A stretch of 64,000 bases of DNA from positions 124,001-188,000 of the forward strand of contig BCKZ01000024.1 of assembly GCA_001600815.1 (NCBI GenBank). The letters are read 5' to 3'. Positions 11,943-23,920 of the stretch are shown here, piece after piece (within the stretch, counting starts at the first letter, position 1; each line of letters begins with the position of its first letter). The position numbers were made by a program, and so were the translations under genes. The stretch is from Alloascoidea hylecoeti. Taxonomy: Eukaryota. The notes below the pieces were generated by a model that searched no databases, was not told the DNA's origin, and saw only the letters and a program-made list of their open reading frames with translations.

Positions 11943-13099
11943 CAAAGTGTTGCAATATTTTTTCAACAAGTTAACATTAAAAAGTAAAATTTAAAAATGA
12001 TTCATTTAGTTTTATACAGATATTAATTTTTTTTTAATGAGTTCATTTAATTTCAAATTTTTTTGATCAAGCAGACAGAACAGAATCTTTGAAAATGATT
12101 ATGATCATTGCCTTATCATTATGCTAAATCTATTTTAAAATCATTTCATTTCATTCTATCTCACCCTTATTGATAGTTATATCATACTTTACATATTATA
12201 TTTCATTACAACTCAAAGTTATGTTCAATCTATATACTTGTTGGCTTAGCTTTTTGTGTTCTTTTTTTACCTTTTATTTTCTATTATTATTATTATTTAT
12301 ATTCACATTATGTTGTTGCCCTCAACTTACTTACAATTTACTATTTTTTTTCTTTTTTTTTTCTTTTTTATATATTTTTTTATTTCTTTTATATTTTTTA
12401 TATTTTATATTATATTTTTTCAGTCAAGTAATTTTTTATGTTTTTGGGGTTAAATAAAATTGCTTAAGGTTAATCAGTAGTTAAGTTATAGCCAATAATT
12501 AATTACGTAGGTAAAAAAGGTGCTGGTGATTGATACTGATGGTGAAGGAGCTCGAGTAGATAAGAAATTTTTATTAAAGGCAGGTATGCTGCTTTTGGAG
12601 GAGGGGAGATGAGTGTTTTATGTTAATTATAATGATACAAATTATTATTAAGCTGAAGTAGTATTTCTCTAGTTAATTATAATCATACAATGATCAGGAA
12701 TATCAGTGGGGAAAACGGCTTTTCATTGTAATTAGAATATATTGGTGGTCAATGGCCATAAAAATGAAATAATCGGCTACCATACAATATAATGTCACTT
12801 GTTCATGCAGGGACGCAATTGGTCTAAGGTTGCAAGATTCTGACATCAAAATTATAACGAACATTTTGATGAGCTCTTGCTCAAACCGGAATTGATTACT
12901 ATATTTATATAAAAGTTAAACTTTTTTTTATTAGAATTCGGATTGTAATTAGTTCTTGTGTCAATATATGGATCTTCTATATCTGTTGATTTAACTATTA
13001 AATCAGAAAAAGTATAGCATCATCAATTCTTGATTCTTTATTGAATCCAACAATAGGTCAACCCCTTTTCGTAATAAACTGAGCAAAAGAAATTCATGT

Positions 13100-14110
13100 C
13101 ATTTGTAAATCTTTCTTTTTAGAAATTTCTTCTATTCTATTAACAGGTGTAAAACGGTTAAAATCATCAATGCCATATTTAAACTGGCATTATAGTTTGA
13201 GTCTCTTTAAATAACTTTGTATCAGCTTTTATAATTAGGATATCTACACTCTATAATATGATAATCTATTTTGGCATTTTTGTTTAATATTGAGATCCTT
13301 ATTGGTAGAAGCCGACAGAGGTTTTAATGTTTCAACAATCAGTTGGTGGACCAAAGAAATTCAGAGAAGGAAAAGCACCCTGTAGCGCCTGTACCTACCA
13401 CCAAAAAATCAGCCAAGAACGACTCTACCGGCCATTATGCGAGTTATAACAGAGTGATTGGCTTTCTCGAAAGGAATCGGAGGTTTGTTATTAGAAAGAC
13501 CCAGGGATTAGAAGTGTGTCATTTTCTCGGCAGTTACGAAAAAGAGACGTTAATCATGTCTGCCACTATATGCCATATATGGACAGTTCTTACCAATATT
13601 TTGTAGGTCTTGACTCTTGATCACTCATTATAACCTTTACCACTTTATGTTATTTGTTAGCCTTTTCTTTGCTTGTGGTCCTTTATGCGACATCAGAATC
13701 ATTCTTCCATGACTCGTCGCCAATTGGAACATTTATTACCGCTCAAATGCAAACAAGTCTTCGATTTAACTTTGGCTTCGAAATTTATCAAACTTAGTGC
13801 TAACGTTGCAATTTCCGGTCAAGAAATAATTGATGATCAATTGCAATCGCAATTGTTATGCCGAAATAGTAAATGTAGGGTTTCCTATAGACAAAGGAAC
13901 CTATTGAGTGAACTCAATAACAGCCATGGTTTATTTGCTTTCCTAACTTTTCTTAAGAAATTACTCCAATTTGAATTTCGAATTATCATCCTGTTACTTT
14001 CCCTCATCTATGCTCATTATAATCATCTAGTTATTTAGCACTCTCCTTATTTCCACAAAATTTCAGCACTCCTTCCATCCTTTTCAATTTGAATCCCTAT
14101 TATCCCTTCA
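13100..14110 (-). mobile_element. Highly decayed gypsy-like gag/protease relic (tentative; boundaries approximate)
   Basis: Minus strand gives FLVVGTGATGCF at about 13408-13373 (one substitution from the protease motif VDTGAT). It is preceded by CPYMAYSGRH (possible decayed Zn knuckle) and followed by GIDDFNRF. Many stops. Confidence 0.3.
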
Positions 14111-14563
14111 AAGTTGTTACTAAGAAATATACAGCATGTTATGCCTATAACTATAGTTTTATTTTTGGGTAAACGATACATATATTGAATATTAAAACTT
14201 ACAAAAGTATCAATTTCAAAGTGTATTAAAGAATTTATATTACAGTAATAATGCTGTGTTCTACAATATTGATTTAGTACAAATCATTGAATAAGTAAGA
14301 AAGCTCATTAACACTGAAAACGCTCAGGTTGGAGTGTGTAGAAATCCAATATATACTGTGTAACAATCACACTCGTCGATGCGGTGGAAGAGAGCCGCCG
14401 ATTAGGGTGCTTGATAACCATTTGGAACGCGCGCTATCTCACTGACAGCTGTCGATTGTTATACCAAAAATCGCTACCTATATTAATAGTGTGATTGTGT
14501 TATAAGCCTTATACGATCAAATCTAAAATATATGTATAATGCCGGTAAACAAATGCTGAAACC

Positions 14564-17500
14564 TTATAATGTTTCCCAACCGCCAATATCAACCGTTCCT
14601 TCCAATTTTCTGGCAATAAAGTTGGGAACTCCATTCTGAAGCCATAAAGTCTTGATCATATTCTTATATCTGTCTTCCACTAAATATAATGGATGTTGAT
14701 TTCTCATCTGTTCATCCAATTCCCCATGACCATCCAAGTATGGAATGGGATAAAACGATCCATTTCCATTATATAACAGTAAAATCGAGCAATCCGAGGG
14801 GACAAAAAATATCCCACAACTATTACCACATTCATGTTGGTAATGTTGTGTACATTCTCCTATCTTCTGTCCAACACTTAATTGCTGTATTCTTAAAGTT
14901 TCTCCACAAAACATGCAAACGGCCGTATCAAAATATTCTGGAGCATAACGTCTCTTTTTATAGAACTCTTCTGTAAAATACGTATCAAGCCTTGCTGGTA
15001 AATCAATTAATCTGTGAACTCCTGGATACTCAATCCTTGCTACTTGGAGACTCTCCCTCCTATTAACATGAACATAAGCAAAGAATTCTCGAATCCTTCG
15101 ACTTTCATAACTTGAGCTTGATAAGCATAATCCGATAATTTCAGAAATCGAAGGGATCTTTAAGAATTTACATAATCTATCTGCCTCACACCCTTCATAT
15201 TCTAGACTTTCTGAACTATCATATCCATCACCACAATAAATATACGCGTATACCGCTGATCTCCTTAAAAATGGCGTGATTGCCTTTACTATCATAGTAT
15301 AATATGACCCCAAAAATTCTTCATCTTCAGCTAATTGAGTTAATATGTGAAAATCATCTGTTTGTGTTAAAAGTACCGACCCAAGACGACTGATCAATTG
15401 TCCAACATTATGTAAACAAGTATTATTCAAGTTCCCTAGTCTAGGTAAATCACTGATTGATATTGGCTGTTGACCATCCTTTCCTTTTCGATTTTTATTG
15501 TTAAATAACTCGACCAAAATTGAATATGATTTTTGAATCAGCTCACCTAACAGGAAAAGCCTTACAATTGTATTATAGCAAATATCAATACTTTGAATTA
15601 ACGGTATACGTAACATTTCTTGAAATAAATCTCCTGAAATAACAGAATCAAAAAACCTATTAGATTGTAACCTTACCAATCTTTCAAACTGCTCATTAAA
15701 AACCGGTAATTCATCATTGTTCTTAAATGTGGGAAACGCTTCAACTTGAGAGGTTTTATCAGATGCAACAATCGCTAACCATGTTGTCCGATATTCAAAT
15801 AAAGTCCTAAGATATTTTAAAGTTTGATCGGGAATTTGGTCTAATATCAACCCACCAAATGGTGACGCATAAGAGCAACCACGGAGAGAGATCTCCAATG
15901 CTTCAATTGTATGCGTAATTAAAGCTGTAGTTGAATGAGTTGGCGCTCTAGGTCCAATCAGCGCCGAAATATTGTTGCTCGGCGATATCAAACTTAATTG
16001 CCTTTCCATTCTCTTCATTATATCAACCAAAATTGTTTTCCTTGCAATTGCAGCAGCATTGTTTGGTCTTAAGATTGCTTCTTTATTTATAGATGTTAAC
16101 GATTTTTCAGCAAGATCTATTAATCTATCATTAAGTTTGATTTTTGTCTCCCCCCAGACAATTTTTTGTTCATTAATAGTTTTAGAAGTAAAGCCATTAA
16201 TCCTTTCAAGTGCCCCATACCAAGTGATACCAGATTCAATCGGCGCTAAAAAATCCTTTAAATTTCTAGTATTTGGGTTCCAAATAGAAGGAAGAAAAAC
16301 ATTATTCAATGATTTACAAAGAGGACATAAAAACTCGTTTAATTTAGTATTTTCAGGAATGGTTCTTGTTATTTGGCTTGAACGTGATTTTGAAGATTGA
16401 ACATATTCTAAATAACAACTAAAATGCATTCCATGTCCACAACTTGTAATAACTGGATGTGTTTTAAAATTACTTTGTGAATTTCTATCTTCGGAAACAA
16501 GCGTGTTCCCATTAGAATCCGTATTAGTATAGTTAATATTATTAGACGGTGAGACAAAATGTGGGAAACCTGGACCGATAACATAGTTCGATTTAATTCG
16601 TGCAAGATATTCTTTCCATTTATCAGTACCTTCAATTTCTGTATAATCGAGTGAATCAGAATCTAGATTAACACTATCTGAAAAGGCCTTGAACCTCCAA
16701 TATTCATCATCAAACGGTACATAACGGAAAACAGAAGATTCAGTAATATGGCACACAGAACCAAACACATCATCTGGTTTACTATTCATTTGACATAATA
16801 TGCAATGCTCTTCATTACCATTATCATCCATTTCAACATCGGTATCCATTTCTTCAACTTCAACTTTATTCTTTTCAAGAAATTGTTCCTGTCTTTGTTT
16901 AAAATCGGACATGACTTTTTCCCTTCTTAACTTAGCAATTCTTTTCTTACGCTCTGTTTCATCTTCAATTTCCTTTTCCTTTTCTTCAGAATTGTTCTTT
17001 AATAACCCTAAAATCTGAGGTCCATACTCATCAATACCCACTTTACTCTTCCAAACATCCTCGTTTACGTTTTTAATCAGGTCTGATAGTATCACTTTTA
17101 ACTTAGGGTGAGCACGAGAAAACTTATCCAGTCTTAATAACTTTAACATTAATATCACTAGTGAAGAATTATCATCACCAGGGATAAGTTCAATACAAAC
17201 ATCAGCAAACCTAATACCGTTTAATTCTGCATTTTCAATAACGCTAATATGAATTAAATGCAAAGTAAGCTCAAGAAGTGTTTCAGTTTTTGATGAATCA
17301 TTAAGTAAAGTATATCTAATAGAAGAATAAACAAATAACAAGAAAGGCTTAGTTGTTGTGAATTTATTAAGCCAAGTAAAAGGGGTATTTTCTAAACTGT
17401 TTTTTAAAATTGGAGAAATAACCATATCTGATGGTTTATTATTATTATTCTTATTGTTGTTACTATTATTCTTATTATTAATAATTGCCTTTTTACTTAA

Positions 17501-20401
17501 TCTCTCTTTTAAAATCTTTTCACACTCTTCTCTTTCATTTGTGGTATAATGAATGTAATATGGATCAACTTCGTCAAAAAGTTCATCTTTTAATTTATAA
17601 GTGCCATTATCAGTAATTCCACGAGGGGGAATATATGTCGTTACTTGTTTAAACATCAATTCAAATTTTTTATTTGCAACAACACCCTCAGGAAGCAATG
17701 CAGATAACGCTGAATACGGCATATTATTTAACGCCATTTTATGAATAATTTCTTTTCGAACATCGTCGCTGGGGGTATCAAAATTCCTTTCACATAGTAA
17801 TATTATTAACATAGCTAAAGCTTCCTCTACCATGTAGATAATAACATTAGATTCATAACTATTTTCACTAAAATCAGAATAATCTTGTCTAGTCCAAGCA
17901 GTTAGTCCATATCGATCAATTATTGTAGCTATTGCGGTGGCAGGATCAACCACACATAAAAACATTTGAGTAGCATAAATATCTCTTTTATAACCAAGAT
18001 TTCGAAGTCTCGCCTGGTGATAAATATGCATTTGAGAACGAATACTGTATCCATTCCTAACCCATAATCCTATCTTGATTTGAGATAAAAGCACCAAGGT
18101 TCTTAAAGGATAATCAAAAATTAAATATAAATCATTAACATTTAAATTATTTCCCAATAAAATACGTTGTAACATTTCAGATGAAGTGATATCATTATCA
18201 TAGTGTACCAACCAAGTTAAAAACGCATGAACAGGATGTAAAAAACTTAATTTTTCAGAATCAACTCGAAAATTAACAATTTTATAGGACGCAATATCAT
18301 TATCATTAACTTTTAAAAATGAAACAACTTTCTGTGAATCTAATGATAATGATTGAATATCACAATTTGAATAACGTTGATAAAATTTATTATTCACTAA
18401 ATCATTCAAAGTAGAACAGACTTGAGATATAATTTTTGATCGTTCATTCGAATCTCTAACGTATTCCATTGTATGCGCCATTTCAACCGAAAGTTTGTTG
18501 ATTAATACAACAGCATTAAAAACAGGAGCATATTCATTTGATTCATACTCAACATGTTCAATCAGTTCCCTTTTAATAGGGCATATCCCATTAAAAAGTA
18601 ATAACAAATCGCAAACCTCATAAAGCACATCTTGATTAAGAATACCATCACATTTGGATTGTCGGATAAGATTAGTAAGATCATAAAGAGTTTGTGTATA
18701 TTTTCTATTTTTCAATGACGTAGTGTCTAATGGTAATAAAACATCAACTTTACTTGGTGAAATTACTTTCTTCACTGTGAATAGACCGAAATTCAATGCA
18801 AATAATCTTTTAAAATAACCACTTTTAACAACAGCAGATGCATTTGTTGGTGATTGGAATAGTTGAGGAGTAAATGCAGCTAAACAATTTACTTCAGGTT
18901 CTCGATCTTTATAAACAAAAAGTTGTGCTAATTGAGGGTATATATCAATAAATTGTCTTGTAACTAACAATTTAATATCTTTATTGGATAATAAACAGGT
19001 AATAGCCAAATTTGAAAATGATATTCTTATGGATTTCCAAAGTCTTATATTGAAGTAAAGAAAATAGTGTAATCGAGATGAAGGTAAGTTATTTGGATCA
19101 TATTGGCACACCTTAGCCAAATAATCATTGATGTTAAAACTCAAGTTCATATCATAATTAGTATTAGTTGTATTCCAATGAGGTGGTGACAAATTATCAA
19201 ATGAAGTTTCTATAGTGGGGATATAAGATCCATTTAGAAATCCATCAATTATATGACTTTTCTGATAGACTGGGTTTGAACGTAATACTTTTTCAGACCC
19301 TATTTTCCATGGACTTAAAAAAGATATACTTATAGGTTCATGTAATATGCCACCGTTTCCTTCATATGAGAATAATAAAAGATTCGCTATCCACTTCATA
19401 ATTTCATCACACATTTCTTCTCTAAAAAAATCTCTATAACTTCTAATACACGACGCAAGACCAGTTAATTCTAATACTTTCTTCCTAGAAAGTAGATATG
19501 AAATATCCTGTGAGCTTAAAACACGGGCACGGCCATAAGACTGGGTTACATTTGCGATCATTTCAGCAAATTCTATAACTTTTTCCGATGATTGTTGAAT
19601 TCTCTGAACTGCATCTGTAAAATGTCTAACTTCATCATTATATAAAATAAGATAATAATTTGTTGAATTTTGATCAACTTCACCATAAACTGAAGTTCTA
19701 AGAACTGAATCATTTGAAAATTCCCGAAGTTCCTCTGGCGTAAAGGTTTTACCTGACTCAAGTATTAAAGAAGATTGTGAGATAATATCGAGCATATAAT
19801 CTAACAAAACAGACACCACCTCTGTAATTGAAAGTTTCAATCTAGGTGGTAATATAGAATTTAAATTTTCTCCAATATTTTTCTGATTATGTTCACCATG
19901 AAATATATCATGCCAGGCCTCTGGGTCACCGCAATCACAAACGCCACCATTATCGGAAGAGCATATTGAAATAACAACGTCATGATCCTGATGATTTTCT
20001 TCGATATAACACTTATGACAAAAAATACTTCCAGGTCCAGTTGCACAAGTATAGCATTTATAAATTGGTTCACCTTTCTTAAGTCTATAGCCGCATGGTC
20101 GATTGTTATGAGAAAGGGTGGTATTGTCAACGTCTATTATCCATTGTTTAGTTATTTCAGATTCATTACTAGCGTTAATGTCCGCTGATAATTCCGACCA
20201 AGATCTTGGTGATTCGGGGCTCCCAACCATCAATGGCAAGAAATATGGCAAAAATTCGCCATTATTTGTTGCGGCATAAAATAAAGCCCTCCGTAATTTC
20301 CCTCTAACATCGTTTGTGAAATTGAAGTGATTTAGAACGGGAAATTCAGTAAGAAACTTTTTCAAATCAGTGGTGTTATAAATAAAAGCTTCTGATACCA
20401 T
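14564..20401 (-). CDS. UBR1: N-end-rule E3 ubiquitin ligase (UBR box, ClpS-like, RING-H2)
   Basis: UBR box CYTC...CHKC...GGVCDCGDPEAW, LYNDEVRH, GLWVRNG, RING CILCQ...SCGHGMHFSC...CPLCK and C-terminal GGWETL. First ATG at 20401. Confidence 0.93.
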   Translation of the reverse strand: MVSEAFIYNTTDLKKFLTEFPVLNHFNFTNDVRGKLRRALFYAATNNGEFLPYFLPLMVGSPESPRSWSELSADINASNESEITKQWIIDVDNTTLSHNNRPCGYRLKKGEPIYKCYTCATGPGSIFCHKCYIEENHQDHDVVISICSSDNGGVCDCGDPEAWHDIFHGEHNQKNIGENLNSILPPRLKLSITEVVSVLLDYMLDIISQSSLILESGKTFTPEELREFSNDSVLRTSVYGEVDQNSTNYYLILYNDEVRHFTDAVQRIQQSSEKVIEFAEMIANVTQSYGRARVLSSQDISYLLSRKKVLELTGLASCIRSYRDFFREEMCDEIMKWIANLLLFSYEGNGGILHEPISISFLSPWKIGSEKVLRSNPVYQKSHIIDGFLNGSYIPTIETSFDNLSPPHWNTTNTNYDMNLSFNINDYLAKVCQYDPNNLPSSRLHYFLYFNIRLWKSIRISFSNLAITCLLSNKDIKLLVTRQFIDIYPQLAQLFVYKDREPEVNCLAAFTPQLFQSPTNASAVVKSGYFKRLFALNFGLFTVKKVISPSKVDVLLPLDTTSLKNRKYTQTLYDLTNLIRQSKCDGILNQDVLYEVCDLLLLFNGICPIKRELIEHVEYESNEYAPVFNAVVLINKLSVEMAHTMEYVRDSNERSKIISQVCSTLNDLVNNKFYQRYSNCDIQSLSLDSQKVVSFLKVNDNDIASYKIVNFRVDSEKLSFLHPVHAFLTWLVHYDNDITSSEMLQRILLGNNLNVNDLYLIFDYPLRTLVLLSQIKIGLWVRNGYSIRSQMHIYHQARLRNLGYKRDIYATQMFLCVVDPATAIATIIDRYGLTAWTRQDYSDFSENSYESNVIIYMVEEALAMLIILLCERNFDTPSDDVRKEIIHKMALNNMPYSALSALLPEGVVANKKFELMFKQVTTYIPPRGITDNGTYKLKDELFDEVDPYYIHYTTNEREECEKILKERLSKKAIINNKNNSNNNKNNNNKPSDMVISPILKNSLENTPFTWLNKFTTTKPFLLFVYSSIRYTLLNDSSKTETLLELTLHLIHISVIENAELNGIRFADVCIELIPGDDNSSLVILMLKLLRLDKFSRAHPKLKVILSDLIKNVNEDVWKSKVGIDEYGPQILGLLKNNSEEKEKEIEDETERKKRIAKLRREKVMSDFKQRQEQFLEKNKVEVEEMDTDVEMDDNGNEEHCILCQMNSKPDDVFGSVCHITESSVFRYVPFDDEYWRFKAFSDSVNLDSDSLDYTEIEGTDKWKEYLARIKSNYVIGPGFPHFVSPSNNINYTNTDSNGNTLVSEDRNSQSNFKTHPVITSCGHGMHFSCYLEYVQSSKSRSSQITRTIPENTKLNEFLCPLCKSLNNVFLPSIWNPNTRNLKDFLAPIESGITWYGALERINGFTSKTINEQKIVWGETKIKLNDRLIDLAEKSLTSINKEAILRPNNAAAIARKTILVDIMKRMERQLSLISPSNNISALIGPRAPTHSTTALITHTIEALEISLRGCSYASPFGGLILDQIPDQTLKYLRTLFEYRTTWLAIVASDKTSQVEAFPTFKNNDELPVFNEQFERLVRLQSNRFFDSVISGDLFQEMLRIPLIQSIDICYNTIVRLFLLGELIQKSYSILVELFNNKNRKGKDGQQPISISDLPRLGNLNNTCLHNVGQLISRLGSVLLTQTDDFHILTQLAEDEEFLGSYYTMIVKAITPFLRRSAVYAYIYCGDGYDSSESLEYEGCEADRLCKFLKIPSISEIIGLCLSSSSYESRRIREFFAYVHVNRRESLQVARIEYPGVHRLIDLPARLDTYFTEEFYKKRRYAPEYFDTAVCMFCGETLRIQQLSVGQKIGECTQHYQHECGNSCGIFFVPSDCSILLLYNGNGSFYPIPYLDGHGELDEQMRNQHPLYLVEDRYKNMIKTLWLQNGVPNFIARKLEGTVDIGGWETL

Positions 20402-20919
20402 TATATTTTTGTTCGATTCATATTTATAAGATGAGAAGAAACAAGATTTATATTTGGAGTTTAATCTAACATCTTTACATCTCAATATGCACACATTATA
20501 AATAGATCTAGGTATTCAAATACACAAAAAGTTTATTTAATAATTATATAACATTATAGCATCTAAGTATTTATATGGTTATAATCAATTCTAAGTAATA
20601 TAATGGAGTAGTAAATATGATTTTGAAGGTTATAAAGATAAATTCTATTCTTGTATAGCGGCAAAGAAACAAAAAAGAAAAAAGGTTACCAACAAATTAA
20701 AGGGGAAATAAATAAATTAAAACAAAAACTCAAAAGAGCTAAAAAAAAAAAAAGCAAATGATAATATACATGCAAAAAGTTATAGTTGAAATTGATATAA
20801 TATAACATATCGTGAAATATAAGGAAGGTGATCTTAAGAAATGTAAGAAAGGATACCAAAAAGTGTATAAAATATAAGATCCCAACAATATGAATAAATA
20901 TAGTATAGATGTGATTTGA

Positions 20920-22134
20920 TCATGTTCGTCTTTCCCATAAAGCGCTTTGAATTTTTTCTTCTCTTAATTCACCAGTTCTATCAGTAATTGGCCATTCGCC
21001 CCAACCAGGTAGTTTTATAACCATACATGTTGCATTATCATCGCCACCAATTGTTTCAACAAACTTAACGACATCTTCAGCAGCAATCTGTGGCGAACCC
21101 CGTGCTAAGCCCCTTCTATTAACAGTTGACATTACTAAATCAACAACCTCTTGGTCAGTTGCGTAATTTGTAACTCCATCAGACATTAATACAATAAAGC
21201 ATTCATTACCGCCTAAATTGCCAATTGTTTTTGCATCACCATTTGGAAATTGCTTCTGAATTGCCTTTTGTGAACCAATCACGTAACTTAATATATCAGG
21301 TTCTGCGGAAACACCTCTATTTTTCATAAATGAATCACCAAAACTTCTTGTATTTGCAACACAGCCAAACCGTTCTTCTCCAAATGAATCAGTTGCAAAC
21401 TCAACGGCAAATCTAGACAGTCGTGTCGATTCAACAGGACTTGATGGATGATGATTTGAAGTTAATGGATGGGCAGCACCAAATCTATCACAAATTATAG
21501 CCCTCGAATCCCCAATATGTGCAACATGTAATTGGGAAACCGTTTCGGAATCCCAATAGTGTTTATTTGAATCATCGCCTAGTGTATATAAAAAAATACT
21601 TGTACAAGTTGATCCGGAGAACTCTTCGTGTGTTGTAAAATCATAATCAGCTTCTAGAAAAGCGATCGGTAGTCGTAGATTTAAATCATCTTTAAAATTT
21701 AGTTTTGATTTTTTATAACTTTCTAAATGAGAATCTTTATTACGGGCCCATCGTTTCCAATAACCTCCAAATTTTTCAGAATAATCTTCAATTAGCTTTG
21801 AAACTGTGTTGTTATCTAAAGATACGTTTTCGATATACCTTGGTAGGTTCTGTGACATAAAATCACTACATTGGTTACCACCATGGCCATCAAGCACCGC
21901 AAAAGAGAAGACTTTCCCATGTTCTTGTTCTTCATCTATTATACCTGTGTCATTCCTCATTGGTAAATTTAATAGAGCCGCAAAGTACCTATCTTCATTA
22001 TATGGCCTATTTACCCTTGATGAGAAATGGCCTAAATGAGACGGAGCTTTTAACAACGGCACCCTAACCATCATCTTCGAGTCCTGAGGCATAGCAAATC
22101 TAATAGCCGTTGAGAGATGTCTTTTCAATATCAT
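20920..22134 (-). CDS. PTC6: Mitochondrial PP2C phosphatase
   Basis: SRVNRPYNEDRY, DGHGG, HIGDSRA, ANTRSFGD, SDG and GDDNAT motifs. The MILKRHLSTAIRF start resembles a mitochondrial presequence. Confidence 0.85.
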   Translation of the reverse strand: MILKRHLSTAIRFAMPQDSKMMVRVPLLKAPSHLGHFSSRVNRPYNEDRYFAALLNLPMRNDTGIIDEEQEHGKVFSFAVLDGHGGNQCSDFMSQNLPRYIENVSLDNNTVSKLIEDYSEKFGGYWKRWARNKDSHLESYKKSKLNFKDDLNLRLPIAFLEADYDFTTHEEFSGSTCTSIFLYTLGDDSNKHYWDSETVSQLHVAHIGDSRAIICDRFGAAHPLTSNHHPSSPVESTRLSRFAVEFATDSFGEERFGCVANTRSFGDSFMKNRGVSAEPDILSYVIGSQKAIQKQFPNGDAKTIGNLGGNECFIVLMSDGVTNYATDQEVVDLVMSTVNRRGLARGSPQIAAEDVVKFVETIGGDDNATCMVIKLPGWGEWPITDRTGELREEKIQSALWERRT

Positions 22135-22324
22135 CTCCGATGTTTTCAGTATCAGTGGGACCGAAACTGGTGAAGTGAAGCAAATGTGTGTGGTGCAGAG
22201 CATTATCGGAGAAGGTTTAAAAAAGCACAACAAGGAAAAAAAGATATTTTTACGTTTTATACCACTACAGGTACTCACTCTAAAAAATATTCATGTAAAT
22301 ACCACTTTTAAAAATAAGTCAGCA

Positions 22325-23191
22325 ATGAAAAAACGAAGCATTTTAAATGAAGATGATTATCTAAAGGGAATTTCAAATATAGTCGAAAGAGACTATTTCC
22401 CCCTTTCTACGAGTCATGATGATAACACTATACATCGTGTATCGTTAGACCAATTCTTAAGTAATACAACTTCCGCTGATAACGATTCCTATTCTCAAAT
22501 TGAATCCAAAAATAATGAACTAAAACGAAAACGTCTACACTCGATATATTTGAAGCCTGAAGAAGAAAAAGCGAGTATTAAAGATGGGACAGAAGATAAA
22601 ATGGAACTACAATTAAGAGATCATCGCCCAAAACAAATCTCGAATTCGAAAGAACCGATCAAAAACGCATTAATGTATCTACCTGATGCTCATAACGGAG
22701 GATTAACTTCATTGCAGATAAAAGAACAATCACAGAAGAAAATCATCAAAGAAAACTCTCGATTTAAAATACAACCACGAACAGAAAGAATTAATACTCA
22801 ACCCACAGTTACTAATCAGCAGTGTCAGCCAAATGTAAAAGGATACACTTTCATCGAATCAACGCCTACATCAACCTCCGACGGTCATTTCAACCTACAA
22901 GATATTCCGCGACAAGATAAAATTCATGAATCGTTAATTAAACAAAGAGCAACGCCTAGACCCATGACTCCAAATGTCAATAGCACACCACTATCAAGTT
23001 ATCCGTTCAAAGTTTCACGGACTCCGTCTATGTTTGGGTCAACTCCAGGATCTCCCATGGGGACCCCCTTAGATTCAGCTTCGCCTGCAGGCATCCGTTT
23101 AATGAGCAACCTCCGAAGTGCTCACATCGAAGGCGCACCCAACCGAAGAGCTCGGAATCAAAGTAAAGTAGGCGTAAAAAGAAAAAGATAA
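22325..23191 (+). CDS. ESS2/DGCR14 (Es2)-like nuclear splicing-associated protein
   Basis: ILNEDDYLKGISNIVERDYFP, SLDQFLSNTTSADNDSY, KNALMY and SPAGIRL motifs typical of the Es2 family. Divergent from PTC6 across 190 bp. Confidence 0.75.
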   Translation: MKKRSILNEDDYLKGISNIVERDYFPLSTSHDDNTIHRVSLDQFLSNTTSADNDSYSQIESKNNELKRKRLHSIYLKPEEEKASIKDGTEDKMELQLRDHRPKQISNSKEPIKNALMYLPDAHNGGLTSLQIKEQSQKKIIKENSRFKIQPRTERINTQPTVTNQQCQPNVKGYTFIESTPTSTSDGHFNLQDIPRQDKIHESLIKQRATPRPMTPNVNSTPLSSYPFKVSRTPSMFGSTPGSPMGTPLDSASPAGIRLMSNLRSAHIEGAPNRRARNQSKVGVKRKR

Positions 23192-23920
23192 CAAGGGGAA
23201 TATCCATATTAGGAAAATCCCGTTATGCTCTATTATATGCTGTTACGCGGCTTCGGGTTAAACTGGATGGTGTTTTAACCGAATATTATATTTATAATTG
23301 CATTTTTTGATCACATTTTTAATATTGCAGCAACATTAATTATATATAATATTTAAAACTGAAAATATCACACAAATTAAAGAAAAAAAAGGGTTAATTA
23401 TGAAGTTAATCTTCAACACATACTAATTACAATTAATTACCGCGGTATATTTAAAATGATAACTTTACATAGCTCTAGCTACCATTGATAAGCGAGTTAT
23501 TCTATATGTACACATGTAATTATAAGATCAAGAACAATTGGTGCATTTTTCACACAATATTTCGCTCATTGCATAATTTATTTAACTTATTGTGAATATA
23601 ATTATACGTACAGATCTAACTTACCTTAATTTATGTCTAAATCTCGAAGTTCTGCATCATGATCGATATCAACTTTAATAAAAATAAGATACACAGTGTT
23701 AACTCCGTGGTATGTGATTAGCACTAAACAAATTACTTACCGGTACCGAATTATATTGTAAAAGTATACGAATAGTTATTGTCCCGGGGCATGATTATTT
23801 GCTTAGCTAATTGTAAACTATGTCACCAAAAGAACGAACTTCTGTTAACCACAAGTAACTGGGACCTCCAAAAAAAAAAAAAAAAACGCTGTGTAGTATG
23901 TATTATACCCAGCTACTAAA

